32,000 bases of DNA from Candidatus Saccharimonadota bacterium (GCF_000582535.1 NZ_CP006932.1:510001-542000); one strand, 5' to 3'. Counted from the stretch's first letter, positions 1-12,030 are shown. Numbers and translations: made by a program. The notes: generated from the letters alone by a model not told the origin.

Positions 1-980
1 TTTTTTAGTTTATTTTTAATATTTTCTAATAATTTATTTTCTAATAATTGTTTTCCTAAAATTAATGAATTTAGAAAATATTTTGTATCAGACCCTCCGT
101 GTACTTTAATAAGTAAATGATTTAACCCTAATACAATTGCTCCACCTATATCATCACCACTAAAAGCATTTTTAAATCTTTTTCGTAAATCTTTTGCAAA
201 TAACAAACCTATTTTTGTAAGGAATGATTTATTTGCACTTTCTTTCATAATTCCATAAACAAGATTAAATGATCCTTCATATGCTTTAATTGCAATATTT
301 CCACTAATTCCATCTGAAACTATTATATCTTCATCTCCATATAATAAACGATCAGATTCAATATTTCCTAAGAAATTAATTCTTTTCTCAGCTTTTAATT
401 TTTGATGAGTTTCTTTTAATAAATTATTCCCTTTGGATTCTTCTTCTCCAATATTAAGTAATTTAACACGTGGTCTATTTGAAATCCCTAGTGCTTTAAA
501 ATATTCTGTTCCCATAATTGCATAAGTTACTAAGGTATCAGAATCAGGATTTGCATTTGCTCCTCCATCTATTAAAATTTTTTTATCACCAAAAATATTT
601 TTAAAAATTGGTGAAAAAGCAGGTCTTAAATTTGCATTAATTGTCCGAAAATAAACATATCCGGCCGTAACTAAAGAACCAGAAGAAGCAGCTGAAACAA
701 CAAGATCAGCTTCTTTTGATAGAACACTTTTAATAGCTTTTATTAAAGTGGAATCCTCTTTTCTTTTAATTTGCATCGGTCCATCGGTTTGTGAAATTAT
801 ATCTTTACATATTACAAATTTAATATTTTGATTGTAAACAACTGGAATTTCGATTTCCCCTGTAACAAATGCGATTATTTTATAATCTTGATTTTTACTT
901 AAAAATTCTTCTGCTGCATTAAAAGCAGGTTCAAATCCTTTATCTCCCGACATTAAATCAAATGCGATTATTTTTTTCAT
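1..980 (-). CDS. plsX: Phosphate acyltransferase PlsX (C-terminal end runs off the window start)
   Basis: ATG is at 978-980 (minus strand). The translation starts MKKIIAFDLMSGDKGFEPAF and contains KILIDGGANANPDSD, which is PlsX-like. About 326 codons are present and no stop is reached before position 1. The start lies 2 nt downstream of the preceding gene's stop, which suggests an operon. Confidence 0.85.
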   Translation of the reverse strand, partial: MKKIIAFDLMSGDKGFEPAFNAAEEFLSKNQDYKIIAFVTGEIEIPVVYNQNIKFVICKDIISQTDGPMQIKRKEDSTLIKAIKSVLSKEADLVVSAASSGSLVTAGYVYFRTINANLRPAFSPIFKNIFGDKKILIDGGANANPDSDTLVTYAIMGTEYFKALGISNRPRVKLLNIGEEESKGNNLLKETHQKLKAEKRINFLGNIESDRLLYGDEDIIVSDGISGNIAIKAYEGSFNLVYGIMKESANKSFLTKIGLLFAKDLRKRFKNAFSGDDIGGAIVLGLNHLLIKVHGGSDTKYFLNSLILGKQLLENKLLENIKNKLK

Positions 981-982
981 AT

Positions 983-2644
983 TTACTCCATAAATAATAA
1001 GATATGATAAATATCTTGACCACCATAAGATAACTCAAATTCTACATCTTTAAATTTTTTAAAAATTGTCTTTTGCATTTTTTTAATATCTAATTTTGAA
1101 ATTTCATCATTATAAAAAATTGTTACAACTTCAATTTTTTTATCAATATATTTATTAAATACCTTTTCTAGTATTGTTAATAGGTTCTCTTCTGCAAAAA
1201 CGATCTTCTTTTCTGTAATTGCAATAAAATTATCTTTCTTAATATCTAGATCATTTTGCTTTGTATCTTTAATTGATTTTGTAATAGAAACTTCTTTTAA
1301 TTTATTTATTTTTGCTTTTAATTCTACTTGATGTTTCTTAAAATCAACCATATTTTCTTTATTAATATTATATAAAGCAAAAATTCCTTCTTGAATTGTT
1401 TTTGTTGGTAAAATATAAATGTTTTTATCATCAATATTATTTTTTACAGCCTCTACAGTAAGAATAATATTTCCATTATTTGGTAAAAGTAAAATATTAC
1501 GATAATTTAAATTATTAATCTCACTAATAAAATCATTTACTGAAGGATTAAATGATTGTCCTCCACTTATTACAGTATCAACTCCAAGATCACTAAATTC
1601 TTTATCTAATCCAATTCCATCTGAAACAGCAATAATTGCTAATCGATCATTAATTAAATCATTTTTAGGATTTTTTGGTTGATATTTAGTTACTCCTGAA
1701 AGAGTAACAACATGACCGGCCTCTTCCGCTTGTAAAGCCATATTATCAGCTTTTATTTTTGTAAATTCTCCATATTTTTGAGCGATATTAAAAATTTCTC
1801 CTGGCTCTTTTACATGGACATGAACTTTTAATATATCTTCTTCTTGAATCATAACTAAAGAATCACCAATTTTTTTCAATAAAGTCTTAAATCTATTATG
1901 AGGAAATTTGCTTGGTTGTTTTAAAGTTAAAATAAATTCAGTACAATAACCAATATTTTTATTAGGATCTGCTTTTAAATTAGTTTTTTTACTTGTTTTT
2001 TTTATATGTGCTGTTGGTTCTTTTGCTTGAATTGTAAGCGGTTTTCCAATTGCTGCCCGCAATACTCCTTCTAAAAACATTAAAACACCATATGCTCCAG
2101 AATCAACTACTCCTGCTTCTTTTAAAACCTTTAATTGATTAGGTGTATTATTTACTGCTTTTTTTGCTATATCTCTTAATTTCTGAATTGACTCAACAAA
2201 ATCTAATTCTTTTCCTTTAAATTCTTCTTCCATTGCTTTTGCAACAGAAAGAATTGTTCCTTCTACAGGATTAGAAACAGCCTTATATCCATATTCACAA
2301 ACAGATTTTAATATTTTTTTAAGATCTGAAACCGAAGTTGAAAATTTTCCAACTTTTTTAACTCCCTCTGCTAATCCTTTTATTAATTGTGAACTAATAA
2401 CTCCAGAATTACCTCTAGCTCCAAGTAATGCTCCTTTTGCAAAATCATTAAGTATCTCAATATCAGTTTCTGAATTTTCATTAATATTATTTCAAGCATT
2501 AACTAATGTGCCAGTCATATTTGATCCAGTATCACCATCAGGAACAGGAAAAACATTTAAATCATTTATTTTTTGTTCATTTTTTTGAATATTTGCTATT
2601 CCTGATTCAAGAACACTTAATATCGTCTCTTTATGTGATTTCAT
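983..2644 (-). CDS. yloV: DAK2-domain protein of the YloV / fatty-acid-kinase FakA type
   Basis: The track ORF 983-2233 extends in frame through one TGA to the ATG at 2642-2644, giving 553 aa. The N-terminus MKSHKETILSVLESGIANI...FPVPDGDTGSNMTGTL is the Dak2 phosphatase-domain signature. The position next to divergent rpmB and upstream of plsX matches Bacillus yloV. Confidence 0.8.
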
Positions 2645-2770
2645 TTATTTGCTATTTATCTCCCTGAAAAATTAATTTTATAATAAAATTATTAAATATA
2701 AAATAAATTATAACATTATTATAAAATTAATTTTTTAAGAGATAATTAACAAATTTGATATTATTTTATT

Positions 2771-2989
2771 ATGTCTAGAAAATGTGATATTTCAAATAAA
2801 GGTCCACAATACGGAAATAGCAGATCAAAATCATTAAATGCTAGAAGAAAAAAATGAGATGTGAACCTTCAAAAAACAACAATAATAATAAATGGAAAAA
2901 AAGAAAAATTAATGTTGTCTGCCAAGACAATTAAGACATTAAAAAATAGCAATAAAGGACAAGAAGTAAATTTAAACTTATCTCTTTAA
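2771..2989 (+). CDS. rpmB: 50S ribosomal protein L28
   Basis: The 72-aa product is MSRKCDISNKGPQYGNSRSKSLNARRKKWDVNLQK..., with one TGA=Trp. The conserved L28 N-terminal motif is present. The gene is too short for the ORF track. Confidence 0.9.
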
Positions 2990-2992
2990 AAA

Positions 2993-3019
2993 GCAAAATC
3001 AATTGATTTTGCTTTTTTT
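2993..3019. terminator. Bidirectional rho-independent terminator shared by rpmB and the convergent 602-aa gene
   Basis: The stem is gcaaaatc-aatt-gattttgc (8 bp). An A-run precedes it and T7 follows. It sits directly after the rpmB stop and overlaps the minus-strand stop at 3018-3020. Confidence 0.75.
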
Positions 3020-4826
3020 ATTCATCTCTTTGAATTTCTTGTGGTAATAATGAACTATATTGATCTTCTAGATCTCCTTGTAATACGATATAAAATCCCT
3101 TACTATTTCAATATCTATAAGCATCTGATAATAAATTATCTTTATTATTAGTATAAATTGAATAAACTATGTAATAAACAATCTCTTCTCTTCCATAATT
3201 TAAACTATTTGAACCTTCATTTTCATATTGATCAAAAAGAACATCAAATAAAAGAACTGATTGATCATCTTTTGCTGAATCATAAGGTGAATAAGTTCCA
3301 TCACCATTGTCAATTACTTTAATTTGATAAAAATACTGTTGAATATTTTGATTATCCTCATGATAGTTTTTTGCAAAAGGAAAAGGAAATATCGGATAGT
3401 ATATATATGAATATCCTGTATATTTTCCAATATCAGAAGGAAGAGCACTAAGATTTTGTGAAGAAACAGTATCTTCCCCATCATCAGGAACATCATCTTC
3501 TACTTTTATCTTAACAACTGTTCCATCTGCTGTTGTTTTTCAAGGTTCATCTTCTGCTGAATAAAAATAATTAGGATTATAAATATTAAGTTTTGCAAAT
3601 TGATTACCCTTATCTAAATCATCTGTAATAAGTGAAACTAATTCTTCTCCATTATTATCGTTTACATCATATTTATAATTGTAATATTGATTAAAATCTG
3701 TAAAAATAGAAGAAACAACTAATTCTGAATTAGCAACACTTACAACCCCATTAAATCCACGTAAAGCTTCTTCATCATTTGATAAATAGCTTTTTGCATA
3801 ATCTTTATTAATTTCATCTAAAAAATTTGTTTTAGTATTATCTTCATTTACATATGTTTTATCATATATTGAATTTCAATTATCTAATGTTATTTCTGTT
3901 GTCGGTTGATTTGCTTTTGAAATATTGTCGTATTCAATATTTCAAATAAACATTGGGCGATCAAAATACATTTCTTCTGTTAAATAATAATCAAAATCAG
4001 CTTTTGAATCTTTTTGTCAAAGGTAACTATAAACGAAAAGTGCTTTTGCAATTTCAGTTTGATATTCAATTGTATCATTTAAAAATGATAATAATTGTTG
4101 ATATGAGTCAGTATCGCCATTTTCAATATAATAATTTTCAACATCTCAAACATTTTTTGGAAATATAGTAGTTACAAAATCATTTATTCCACTTATTTTA
4201 ATCATGTCGCGATATTTTGTGCTAAATGCTTCTAAATATTGATACATATCTTCACTAGTCGGTAATGTTGTATCATTAAATAATTTAATTGCTGCAAATT
4301 TATCTGTTAATTGATAATAAGTATCATAGTTGTAGCCATTTGTATTTATATATTCTGATTCAATTCACTTATTATCTTCTGTAGGATTTAAAATTGATCC
4401 TTCATTTATTGTTGTAGTATCATCAGCTTCTTTTATAAAACTTTCTCCTGTAAGAGATGATTGTAAAAATGTTTTTAAGATAATAGCAGCATTTTCCTCA
4501 GCTGCGGTATTATATGTATAAACATCAGGAGAAGAAGTATCAGTATCATCACTTCCATCATCTTCTCCTTCTTCTAGTGTATTAAAATTTGGATAAATAG
4601 AAGAATAATCATTTTCTTTTTTATATTTAACTAAGAATGTATTTAATTCTTTTTCAGAATAAACATATTCCTTATTTCCAAGATGAATTATCATATTATT
4701 ATCATTTACATTTTTTCCAAAATAAAAAGTAAAAGAAAGAATGATACTAATTAAAATTGTAATTAATACGATAAGTGTAATAATAAATTTCTTTGTTCAA
4801 AATTGTTTTTTTTCTTCTTGCTTCAT
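3018..4826 (-). CDS. Hypothetical membrane-anchored acidic surface protein (602 aa)
   Basis: ATG is at 4824-4826. The N-terminus MKQEEKKQFWTKKFIITLIVLITILISIILSFTFYFGK gives a short tail and one TM helix with no lipobox Cys. I scanned the frame from 3021 to 4364 and found no TAA/TAG, only TGA codons. TAA is at 3018-3020. The ectodomain is rich in Asp, Glu, Asn and Tyr. I recognised no family. Confidence 0.7.
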
Positions 4827-4837
4827 AATTTATTCCT

Positions 4838-7168
4838 CTAATTACTTAAATTTCCTGACTGATAAATCTGATCAATTGTTTTTAATTCAAAATCATTTCC
4901 TTCGAATGAAAAATATGAAAGTAAATTATGTAAATTAGCATTTCAATTTGCTACATCAAAATCACCTAAGTAAATATCCCCATACTTATCAAAGAAATCA
5001 TTTGATCTTGCTACTTGTGTAGTTGTTTTAGAGATATCATTTCAAAAAACTTGATTATAAAATTGTCCTAAAATCTCATTTGGATCAGCTTTAAGCTCTC
5101 AATCCAAATCTTCGCCATTTTCAAGTGCACTTTTTTCTTGATCTGTAAATTCATTTCCATCAGGATTATAAGTTTGATCTAAATAATTTAAATACTGATT
5201 AAAAATAATATCTTTTGCATTTGTAGTTAATCAAGATTGATAGCTTTCAATAATATCATATTGATATTGATAAAGTTGACTAATTGAATCAGGATTATTT
5301 TGTAATAATTTTTGATCAAGTTGATAAGATAACATTACTTGAGCATCACTTATCCCTGATTCTTCTTGATCATTAAAAACATTATCATGAACTAAATGCA
5401 TTCCATCAATTGATTGAGTAAGATAATAATCTTCTTCAATGTTTGTACTATTATCAATCTTATCATTAGTAATATTAGATTTTACATTACTAAATGTAAA
5501 ACCAGTTGTTTGATCATAATTATAATGATTAATAGTCGGAATTTGTAAATGATAAAAAATCTGTCGATCAGTATTATCAACTAAATTTGAATAATCAAAA
5601 ACTTGTGCGTAAAATCCCTTATTTACTTGAGCAACAACTTGATTACCCCCTGTTTGTCCTGTTAAATTACTAATATAAACATCTGTATATTCACCATCAA
5701 AAGTTTGATTAATATAATCATATCTTTCTTGATCAGTAGTTGGTAAACTATCATAAGTTCAAATTACATTATCATTAGGATCAATTTCTGTAGTTGCTCC
5801 ATAACCAGGAATAAAATATTGATATTTATTTAAATTAGTAATTGGAAAAGTTTCAGCAGATGGAGCAAAAATATCTTTAAAAACATCACGATACTCAAGT
5901 CCTACTTCTTCAAAAAAAGCATAATATCTACTAAACATTAAAGATGAATTATATGTATCATTATCAAAATCTTCATTAGATTGATAATTTTCTGAAATTA
6001 AATTATCATAAACTTCCATTAAAACTAATGAAACTGTTGAATTTGCAGAAACACTATCAGATAAACTTGTAACACCAGAATCAGTAAAAGTTGGTGCACT
6101 AGAATAATCAGTATTATTAAAATCTAAAAATTCTCAATCATCAATTGATGTATTATAAATATTTTGATAAGAAATAACTGCAAGATCAGCTAAAAATACT
6201 CAAACATCATCGATATTTTCAGTAGTAAGAGCAAATGATTCTGTTTTACTTGTTAACCCCTCTCGATCAGGATTTTCAAAAGTAAAAGGAATTAAAATAT
6301 CTTCATAATTAATAGGTTTATAAATTTTTTGATATAAATCAAATAAAAATTGATGATTAATTACTGTTTTATTAAGAACAGGATCATCATAAAAAATTGT
6401 CTGTTGATTAAAATCACCATTAAATCCATAATATCTTGATGATGGAGTTTCTAAAGTTGAACGATATTTTTTTGTAAGTGGATCTGTCGAATCATCAAAA
6501 TAAATATAAGTGTCTTCTGAAAGAATAGTTGAAATAGAGGATAAAAGAGATTCAGAAATTAAATTATTACGATATTGATCTTCTGTATCAAATCCTAATG
6601 ATAAAAGATTTTTATTTCACTCTTTTTTTCAATCATTTCCATATTGGTCACGATAAGTATCTTTTTCATCACTTATCTGATTATCAGCTTTATTTTCAGC
6701 ACTATCTAAATCCTTTTTAGATCCTAATCCTTTATCTATTAAAACTTTATAACCCCAAACAACAGCATTGTCTTTCAGATAATTCGTTTCATATTGTGCA
6801 GGATCATTTTGATTATCAATAATAAGCTCTTCAATTTGTTCTAATGTATAATATTCATCACCAAATTTAATACCAGATTTTTCTTCTTTATTAGATAATC
6901 CTAAACCTAATCCTAAACCTAAAGCTAGCAAGATAATAAAAATTATTAAAATTATTATTAATAATTTTAAATGTCTTCTAAATCAATTTTTTTGTTCAGA
7001 ATGATCTTTTTTATCATAAAAAGAATGATCATCCTTTTTTTCACTTTCTTTTTTTGGTTCGATGTTCTCTTTTTTTGTATTATTCTTTACTTTTGCTTGC
7101 TCATCTTTATTTTTAGGATCACTATCCTTAAAAATAAGTGAATCTTTAACTTCTCTTTGCGGCGTCAT
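4838..7168 (-). CDS. Hypothetical membrane-anchored acidic surface protein (776 aa), probable paralogue of the downstream gene
   Basis: Track ORFs 6983-7168, 6629-6931 and 5759-6019 share one frame. I checked every codon between them and down to 4841, and only TGA interrupts the frame. TAG is at 4838-4840. A 60-aa Lys/Glu/Asp-rich N-terminal tail is followed by the TM segment LLIIILIIFIIILLALGLGLGLGLS and a large acidic domain. The stop lies 11 nt upstream of the next gene's ATG. Confidence 0.7.
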
Positions 7169-7315
7169 AATTATTATTATTATAATAAAAAGATTCTATA
7201 TTATTATTGATAATATAGATAAAAATAATTAATCGTAAAATTAAAATAGTAAAATTAATTTAATCTTGTTATTTATAAATGTATTAAAAATTAATATTAA
7301 AAAATAGGATATAAA

Positions 7316-8596
7316 ATGATAAAACTTAATCTCAAAAATTCAAAAATTGAAAAAAAAATATATAGTTATCAATCTAAAGTAAATACTATTCACCAAATGA
7401 TTATTAATAGAACAGGTCAAGGTAATGAAATGCTTGATTGATATAATTGAGCTAAAACAATTACAAATACTGAAATAAATGCAATTAATTTTAAAATTAA
7501 AAACTTAAAAACAATTAATAAAGTTGATACACTTTTAGTGCTAGGAATTGGTGGTTCTTATTTAGGAGCAAAAACAGGGATTGATTTTATAAATGGATCT
7601 TTAAGAGCAAATAATAAAGTTATTTTTGCAGGAATAAATCTTTCTAGTAATTACTATAAACAAATTGAAGAAAAATTAAAAAATAAAAATTGAGCAATTT
7701 GTGTTATTTCAAAATCAGGAAAAACAATTGAACCAGCAATTGCTTTTAGATATTTTCGAAATTTACTAGAGAAAAAAATTGGAAAAGCAAAAATGAAAGA
7801 TTTCATTGTTGTAATTACCGATCGTAAAAAAGGCTTATTAAATAATTTTGTTGAAAAATATAATTATCAAAAATTTATCATTCCAGATGGAATTGGTGGT
7901 CGTTTTTCAGGAATAACTTCTGTAGGTTTATTTCCAATGGCTTTTGCTGGAATTAATATTAAAGAATTATTAGAAGGTATAAAATTAGCAATGGATGATT
8001 TTAAGAATTCTAATTTAAAAGAAAATATTGCTTATCAATATGCTGTAGCAAGAAATATTCTTTATAAAAAGAGATTGACATCAGAAATATTTGTAACTTA
8101 TAATGAAGACTTTATAATGCTGGGAGAATGACTTAAACAATTATTTGGAGAATCTGAAGGAAAAGAAGGAAAAGGTTTGTTTCCAAATTCTGTAAATTAT
8201 ACAAGAGATCTTCATTCTCTTGGGCAATTTATTCAAGAAGGAAAAAGAACTTTTTTTGAAACAACAATTTGACAAGAATATGAAGATCAAGATGTTAAAA
8301 TCACAAAAGAAGATTTAGATTTAGATCAATTAAATTATCTTGAAGGAAAAACAATCGATTATATTAACAAACAAGTATTAAAAGGAGTTTTAAAAGCACA
8401 TACAAGAGATGGAAATATTGCAAATATTATAATTAGTTTTAATAAAAATGATGAAAAAACATTAGGTTATTTATGATATTTTTTCTTTATTGCGGTTACT
8501 TGTTCAGGATACTTATTAAAAATAAATCCTTTTAATCAACCAGGAGTGGAAATATATAAAAAGCATTTACTAGAAAATTTAAAATTTAAAAAATAA
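7316..8596 (+). CDS. pgi: Glucose-6-phosphate isomerase
   Basis: The gene encodes 426 aa once TGA is read as Trp. PGI signatures are present: [28 protein letters not shown] and FGESEGK. It merges the track ORF 7793-8131 with its flanks in the same frame. Confidence 0.92.
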
Positions 8597-8624
8597 AATA
8601 AAGATTTATTTTTTAAATTTATAA

Positions 8625-8633
8625 TGCTATAAT
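8625..8633 (+). promoter_or_regulatory. Candidate extended -10 promoter element (TGcTATAAT)
   Basis: tgctataat lies 35 nt upstream of the ATG at 8668, and aaaggac sits just before the ATG as a weak SD. AT-rich DNA produces many chance TATAAT matches. Confidence 0.4.
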
Positions 8634-8667
8634 TTTAATTAATTTTTTCAAAAAATAAAGGACTAGT

Positions 8668-10038
8668 ATGGATAAAAAATTAGAAAGTTTAACAGTTGCT
8701 CAACTTAAAAAAGAAGCTGACCAAAAAAACATAAAATATAAATCTTCTATAAGTAAAAAAGAATTAATAAAATTACTTGAAGATAAAAAAAGACCAATAA
8801 AAAGTGGAAAAACTATTTTACCTAGAGATAAAGCAGTTGAATTAATACAAGAAATATTTAAAGATAATAATTTTGCTCCTCTAAGCTTACAACAAATTTT
8901 TAATAGTAAAAGATTATTAAAATATAAAAAACAATATAAAAATGAAGAATCTTATGAAAGTGCAATTAAATGAAACTTAGAAGTAAATTCAAAAGATTCT
9001 AAATTATGAGATCAAAAAAACACTATTTTTGAAAATAGAAATATTGGAGAAGGAATATGAGGATTAGTAGGAGATACAGTTCATACATATCAAGAATCTT
9101 CATCTGCTAAAAAAATAGATAATTCTTCAAAAGAACCAAAAAAAATTGAAAAAACAGAAGAATCAAAAAAAAGCAAAAAACCAAAAAGATTGATTTCTAA
9201 AATTAAAGCAAAAAATGCAGCTCATCTTGATCAAGGTGAAAAATTAATTGAAGGAAAATATCAATTGGTAATTAAAAACCTTAGAAAAAAATATGGTAAA
9301 ACTGAAGTTCTAAATGGAATAGATCTTAAAGTTATGCCAGGAGAAAAAGTTGCTGTTGTTGGTGCAAATGGTGCTGGAAAAAGTACATTATCTGAAATAA
9401 TTGCGCAAGTAAAAGAACCAACAAGCGGAGAACTTCTTTATTCATTCGGACATACAAAAGAAAAAATTTCAGCAAAAATTGGAATTCAATTCCAAGATTC
9501 TTCTTATCCTGATTTTTATAAAGTTAGTGATATTGTTAGATTTATAATTGATGCTTCAGATATTAAAATTTCAAATGAAGATTTAGATCATCTTTATGAA
9601 ACTTTTGATGTTAAATATCTTAAAAAAGATGTAGCAAAAGGATTATCAGGAGGACAACAACAACGTCTAAATATTCTTCTTGCAATTGTAAATAATCCTA
9701 AAATTTTAATTTTAGATGAAGTAGGAACAGGTCTTGATGTTGAATCTAGAACAAAAATTAAATCATATATTAAATCATATATTCATGAAAATGATGCAAC
9801 ATTATTATTAGTATCACATAACTCTGATGAAGTTATCGAACTTGTAGATAGAGTTGTTGTTATCCACAGTGGAAAAATATATGAAGATAGACCTTTAAAA
9901 TCAATTTTAAAAGAATGAAAACATTTTGATGATTATATGAATAATCTTTATTTAAATGTCTTCAAGAAAAATCTTGATTTAAGAGTAAATAAATCAGGTC
10001 GTCAAAAAAGAAAAGAAAAAGAAGGAGAAAAAAATTAA
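8668..10038 (+). CDS. ABC transporter ATP-binding protein with a roughly 175-aa N-terminal extension (HeH/Rho_N-like motif plus winged-helix-like module)
   Basis: ORFs 8668-8973 and 9190-9918 are in the same frame. All codons between them were checked, and only TGA occurs. The product is 456 aa. The ABC core has Walker A GANGAGKST, signature LSGGQQQRL and Walker B ILILDE. There is no in-frame ATG near the start of the ABC domain; the track's start at 9190 is a TTG with no SD. Confidence 0.7.
8797..9108 (+). repeat. Direct repeat copy 1 (about 310 bp), paired with 18543-18856
   Basis: A gapless 303-nt alignment joins 8806-9108 to 18554-18856, with roughly 25 mismatches (about 92% identity by eye). 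It encodes GKTILPRDKAVELIQEIFKDNNFAPLSLQQIFNSKRLL...NIGEGIWGLVGDTVHTY. Confidence 0.9.
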
Positions 10039-10043
10039 CTAAA

Positions 10044-10880
10044 ATGTTTGCACTTTATAAAATGCAAGCCAGAGTCTGATTTAAGAACCCTTTTTCTTAT
10101 TTCAGTTTTATATTTGCTACCTTCTTCTTGGTTGTTTTAGGAGCAATTGCTAGTGTTACTGGTACTTCAGATCAACAAACGCAATTGCTTGTTCAAACTT
10201 CTTTTGGAATGGCAATATCTGCGATGATTATATCATCAGCAAATAACTTTGGTTTTACAATCTTTAATTTAAGAGACTCTATTCTTTTAAAAAGAATTGG
10301 AGCAACAAAAATAACAAAAACACAAGTTATCTCAGAAATCGTTCTTTGAGGTGTTACAACTTTACTATTTGTTATGGTTTGAATATTCTTCTTACAATGA
10401 TTATTAGGAGCTACAGGATTTTTCGGAACATATTCAACAGGAGAAAACATTGAAACAAATTGAGCAGGAATAAAATGAGCAGGACTTATTCTTGCAATTC
10501 TTATTGGAGCTATTGTTAGTTACATTATTTCTCTATTCTTTATTTCAATTTCTCCTAATACAGATACATATAATATAATTACATTATTTTATTTCTTCTT
10601 CGCAGTGTTTTTAGGTGGAGGAGTAACAATCGCAAATCAAAGAGATTGAATGAATATAGCAGGAAAACTAACACCAATAGGTTGAAATAGAGAATTCATC
10701 GTAAGTTCAGTAAATGGATTTGATGTATTTAATTTTACAGCAGATAATATAGCTACTGCACCATTTGATGGTTTTGAAACAATCGAAGGATATAGAAGCG
10801 CATTAGACTTCTTTATGCCATTTGTATTTATGATTATTGTAATGCCATTTACCGTGAAAGCATTCAAATGAGATCAATAG
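10044..10880 (+). CDS. ABC-2-type transporter permease (278 aa)
   Basis: ATG is 5 nt after the ATPase stop. The protein is a multi-pass hydrophobic one, MFALYKMQARVWFKNPFSYFSFIFATFF..., with the loop LLKRIGATKITKTQV. It contains several TGA=Trp codons and ends in TAG at 10878-10880. Confidence 0.75.
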
Positions 10881-10898
10881 AAGGAAAGGAACGAAAAA

Positions 10899-11657
10899 AT
10901 GACTGCGCTTTATAAATTAATTTTAAAAACAAATATAAAATCTCCATCATTGGCCTTTCCACTTGTTACACCAATTGTTTTTGTTTTAGTATTCATTAGT
11001 GGAACAAATGATGAAGAACTTACAACATCCTTTTTCAAGATTATTTCAATAATGTTGATGCAATCTGGAACATTTGGATTTGGATTTACAATGATTGCGC
11101 TTAAGAAATCGATTATGCTTAAGCGAATCGGAGCAACAAAAATAACAAAACCAGAAGTATTAACAGCAAGTATCCTTTATGGATTTACAATGCTTTTAAT
11201 AAGTTTAGTTTGAACAACTTCATTTACAATGATTCTTTCTGTTTCCGGATATTATCTTTCATCAACAACAGGAGAAACATTACATATTGATTTTGCTACT
11301 GTTGCTAACTGAGGATATATTGTTCTAGGAATAATTATTTCAATTTTTGTTAGTTACTCAATTGGAATGATGTTTGTTTCATTAGCAAGAACAGATGAAC
11401 AATTTGCAATGTCTGCAATGCTTTATTTCTTCTTTTCAATCTTACTTGCTGGATTATTAGTAAATAACGAAATAAGACAAGAAATTCCATTTATGGTCTG
11501 AACGGGATACTTTAATCCAACAGTATGAGCAAATCAAATTATTAACTTTGGAGTTTCAGGAGTAAACAACGAAGAATTATGATTAGAAATTGTCGTTCCA
11601 ATCTTAATGGCAATACTTGCAATCGGAGTTTCATTAAAAACATTTAAATGAGATTAA
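10899..11657 (+). CDS. ABC-2-type transporter permease, tandem paralogue (252 aa)
   Basis: The protein starts MTALYKLILKTNIKSPSLAFPLVTPIVFVL... and carries the same loop motif, MLKRIGATKITKPEV. That motif includes a 21-nt DNA identity (ggagcaacaaaaataacaaaa) with the upstream permease. TAA is at 11655-11657. Confidence 0.75.
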
Positions 11658-11671
11658 GATAAAATAATTTT

Positions 11672-11700
11672 AAGGTCAGAATTAAGTTCTGGCCTTTTTT
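11672..11700 (+). terminator. Rho-independent terminator of the ABC operon
   Basis: aaggtcagaa-ttaag-ttctggcctt forms a 10-bp stem with one G-U pair, followed by T6. It lies 15 nt after the permease stop. Confidence 0.75.
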
Positions 11701-11751
11701 ATTTTAATAAAATAAAATTTAAAATTTCCTTTCTTTTTTATTAAAAAAATG

Positions 11752-11757
11752 TATAAT
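11752..11757 (+). promoter_or_regulatory. Candidate -10 box (TATAAT) for the tRNA cluster
   Basis: A perfect tataat ends 25 nt upstream of the first tRNA. I saw no convincing -35 element. Confidence 0.35.
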
Positions 11758-11782
11758 AAATAAGGTGTAATTCCAACTATTT

Positions 11783-11869
11783 GGAGGGGTAGCGAAGTCT
11801 GGCTAAACGCGGGTGACTGTAGATCATTTCCCTTTGGGTTCGGGGGTTCGAATCCCTCCCCCTCCACCA
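11783..11869 (+). tRNA. tRNA-Tyr (GTA), class II with long variable arm, CCA encoded
   Basis: The acceptor is GGAGGGG/CCCTCCA. The anticodon stem-loop ggtga-ctGTAga-tcatt and the T-arm ggggg-ttcgaat-ccctc are present. Length is 87 nt. Confidence 0.9.
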
Positions 11870-11874
11870 TTAAA

Positions 11875-11949
11875 TGGTCTGTAGCCAAGCGGTAAGGCAC
11901 ATGGTTTTGGTCCATGTATGCGTAGGTTCGAATCCTGCCAGACCAGCCA
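11875..11949 (+). tRNA. tRNA-Gln (TTG), CCA encoded
   Basis: The acceptor is tggtctg/cagacca. The anticodon stem-loop is catgg-ttTTGgt-ccatg and a T-loop ttcgaat is present. Length is 75 nt. Confidence 0.9.
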
Positions 11950-11954
11950 TTTAT

Positions 11955-12030
<76 letters not shown>

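Noticed and set aside
6897-6923. A tandem 12-mer (aatcctaaacct x2 plus a partial copy) as a variable repeat or minisatellite.
   Set aside because: There are only about 2.3 copies. They are in frame and simply encode (GL)n inside a TM helix, which is too short to call a repeat locus.
3018-7168. The tandem surface-protein pair as a MIB-MIP (immunoglobulin-binding protein plus protease) system.
   Set aside because: I saw no serine-protease-type motif (GxSG/DUF31-like). The sizes (776 and 602 aa) do not match my recollection of MIB/MIP.
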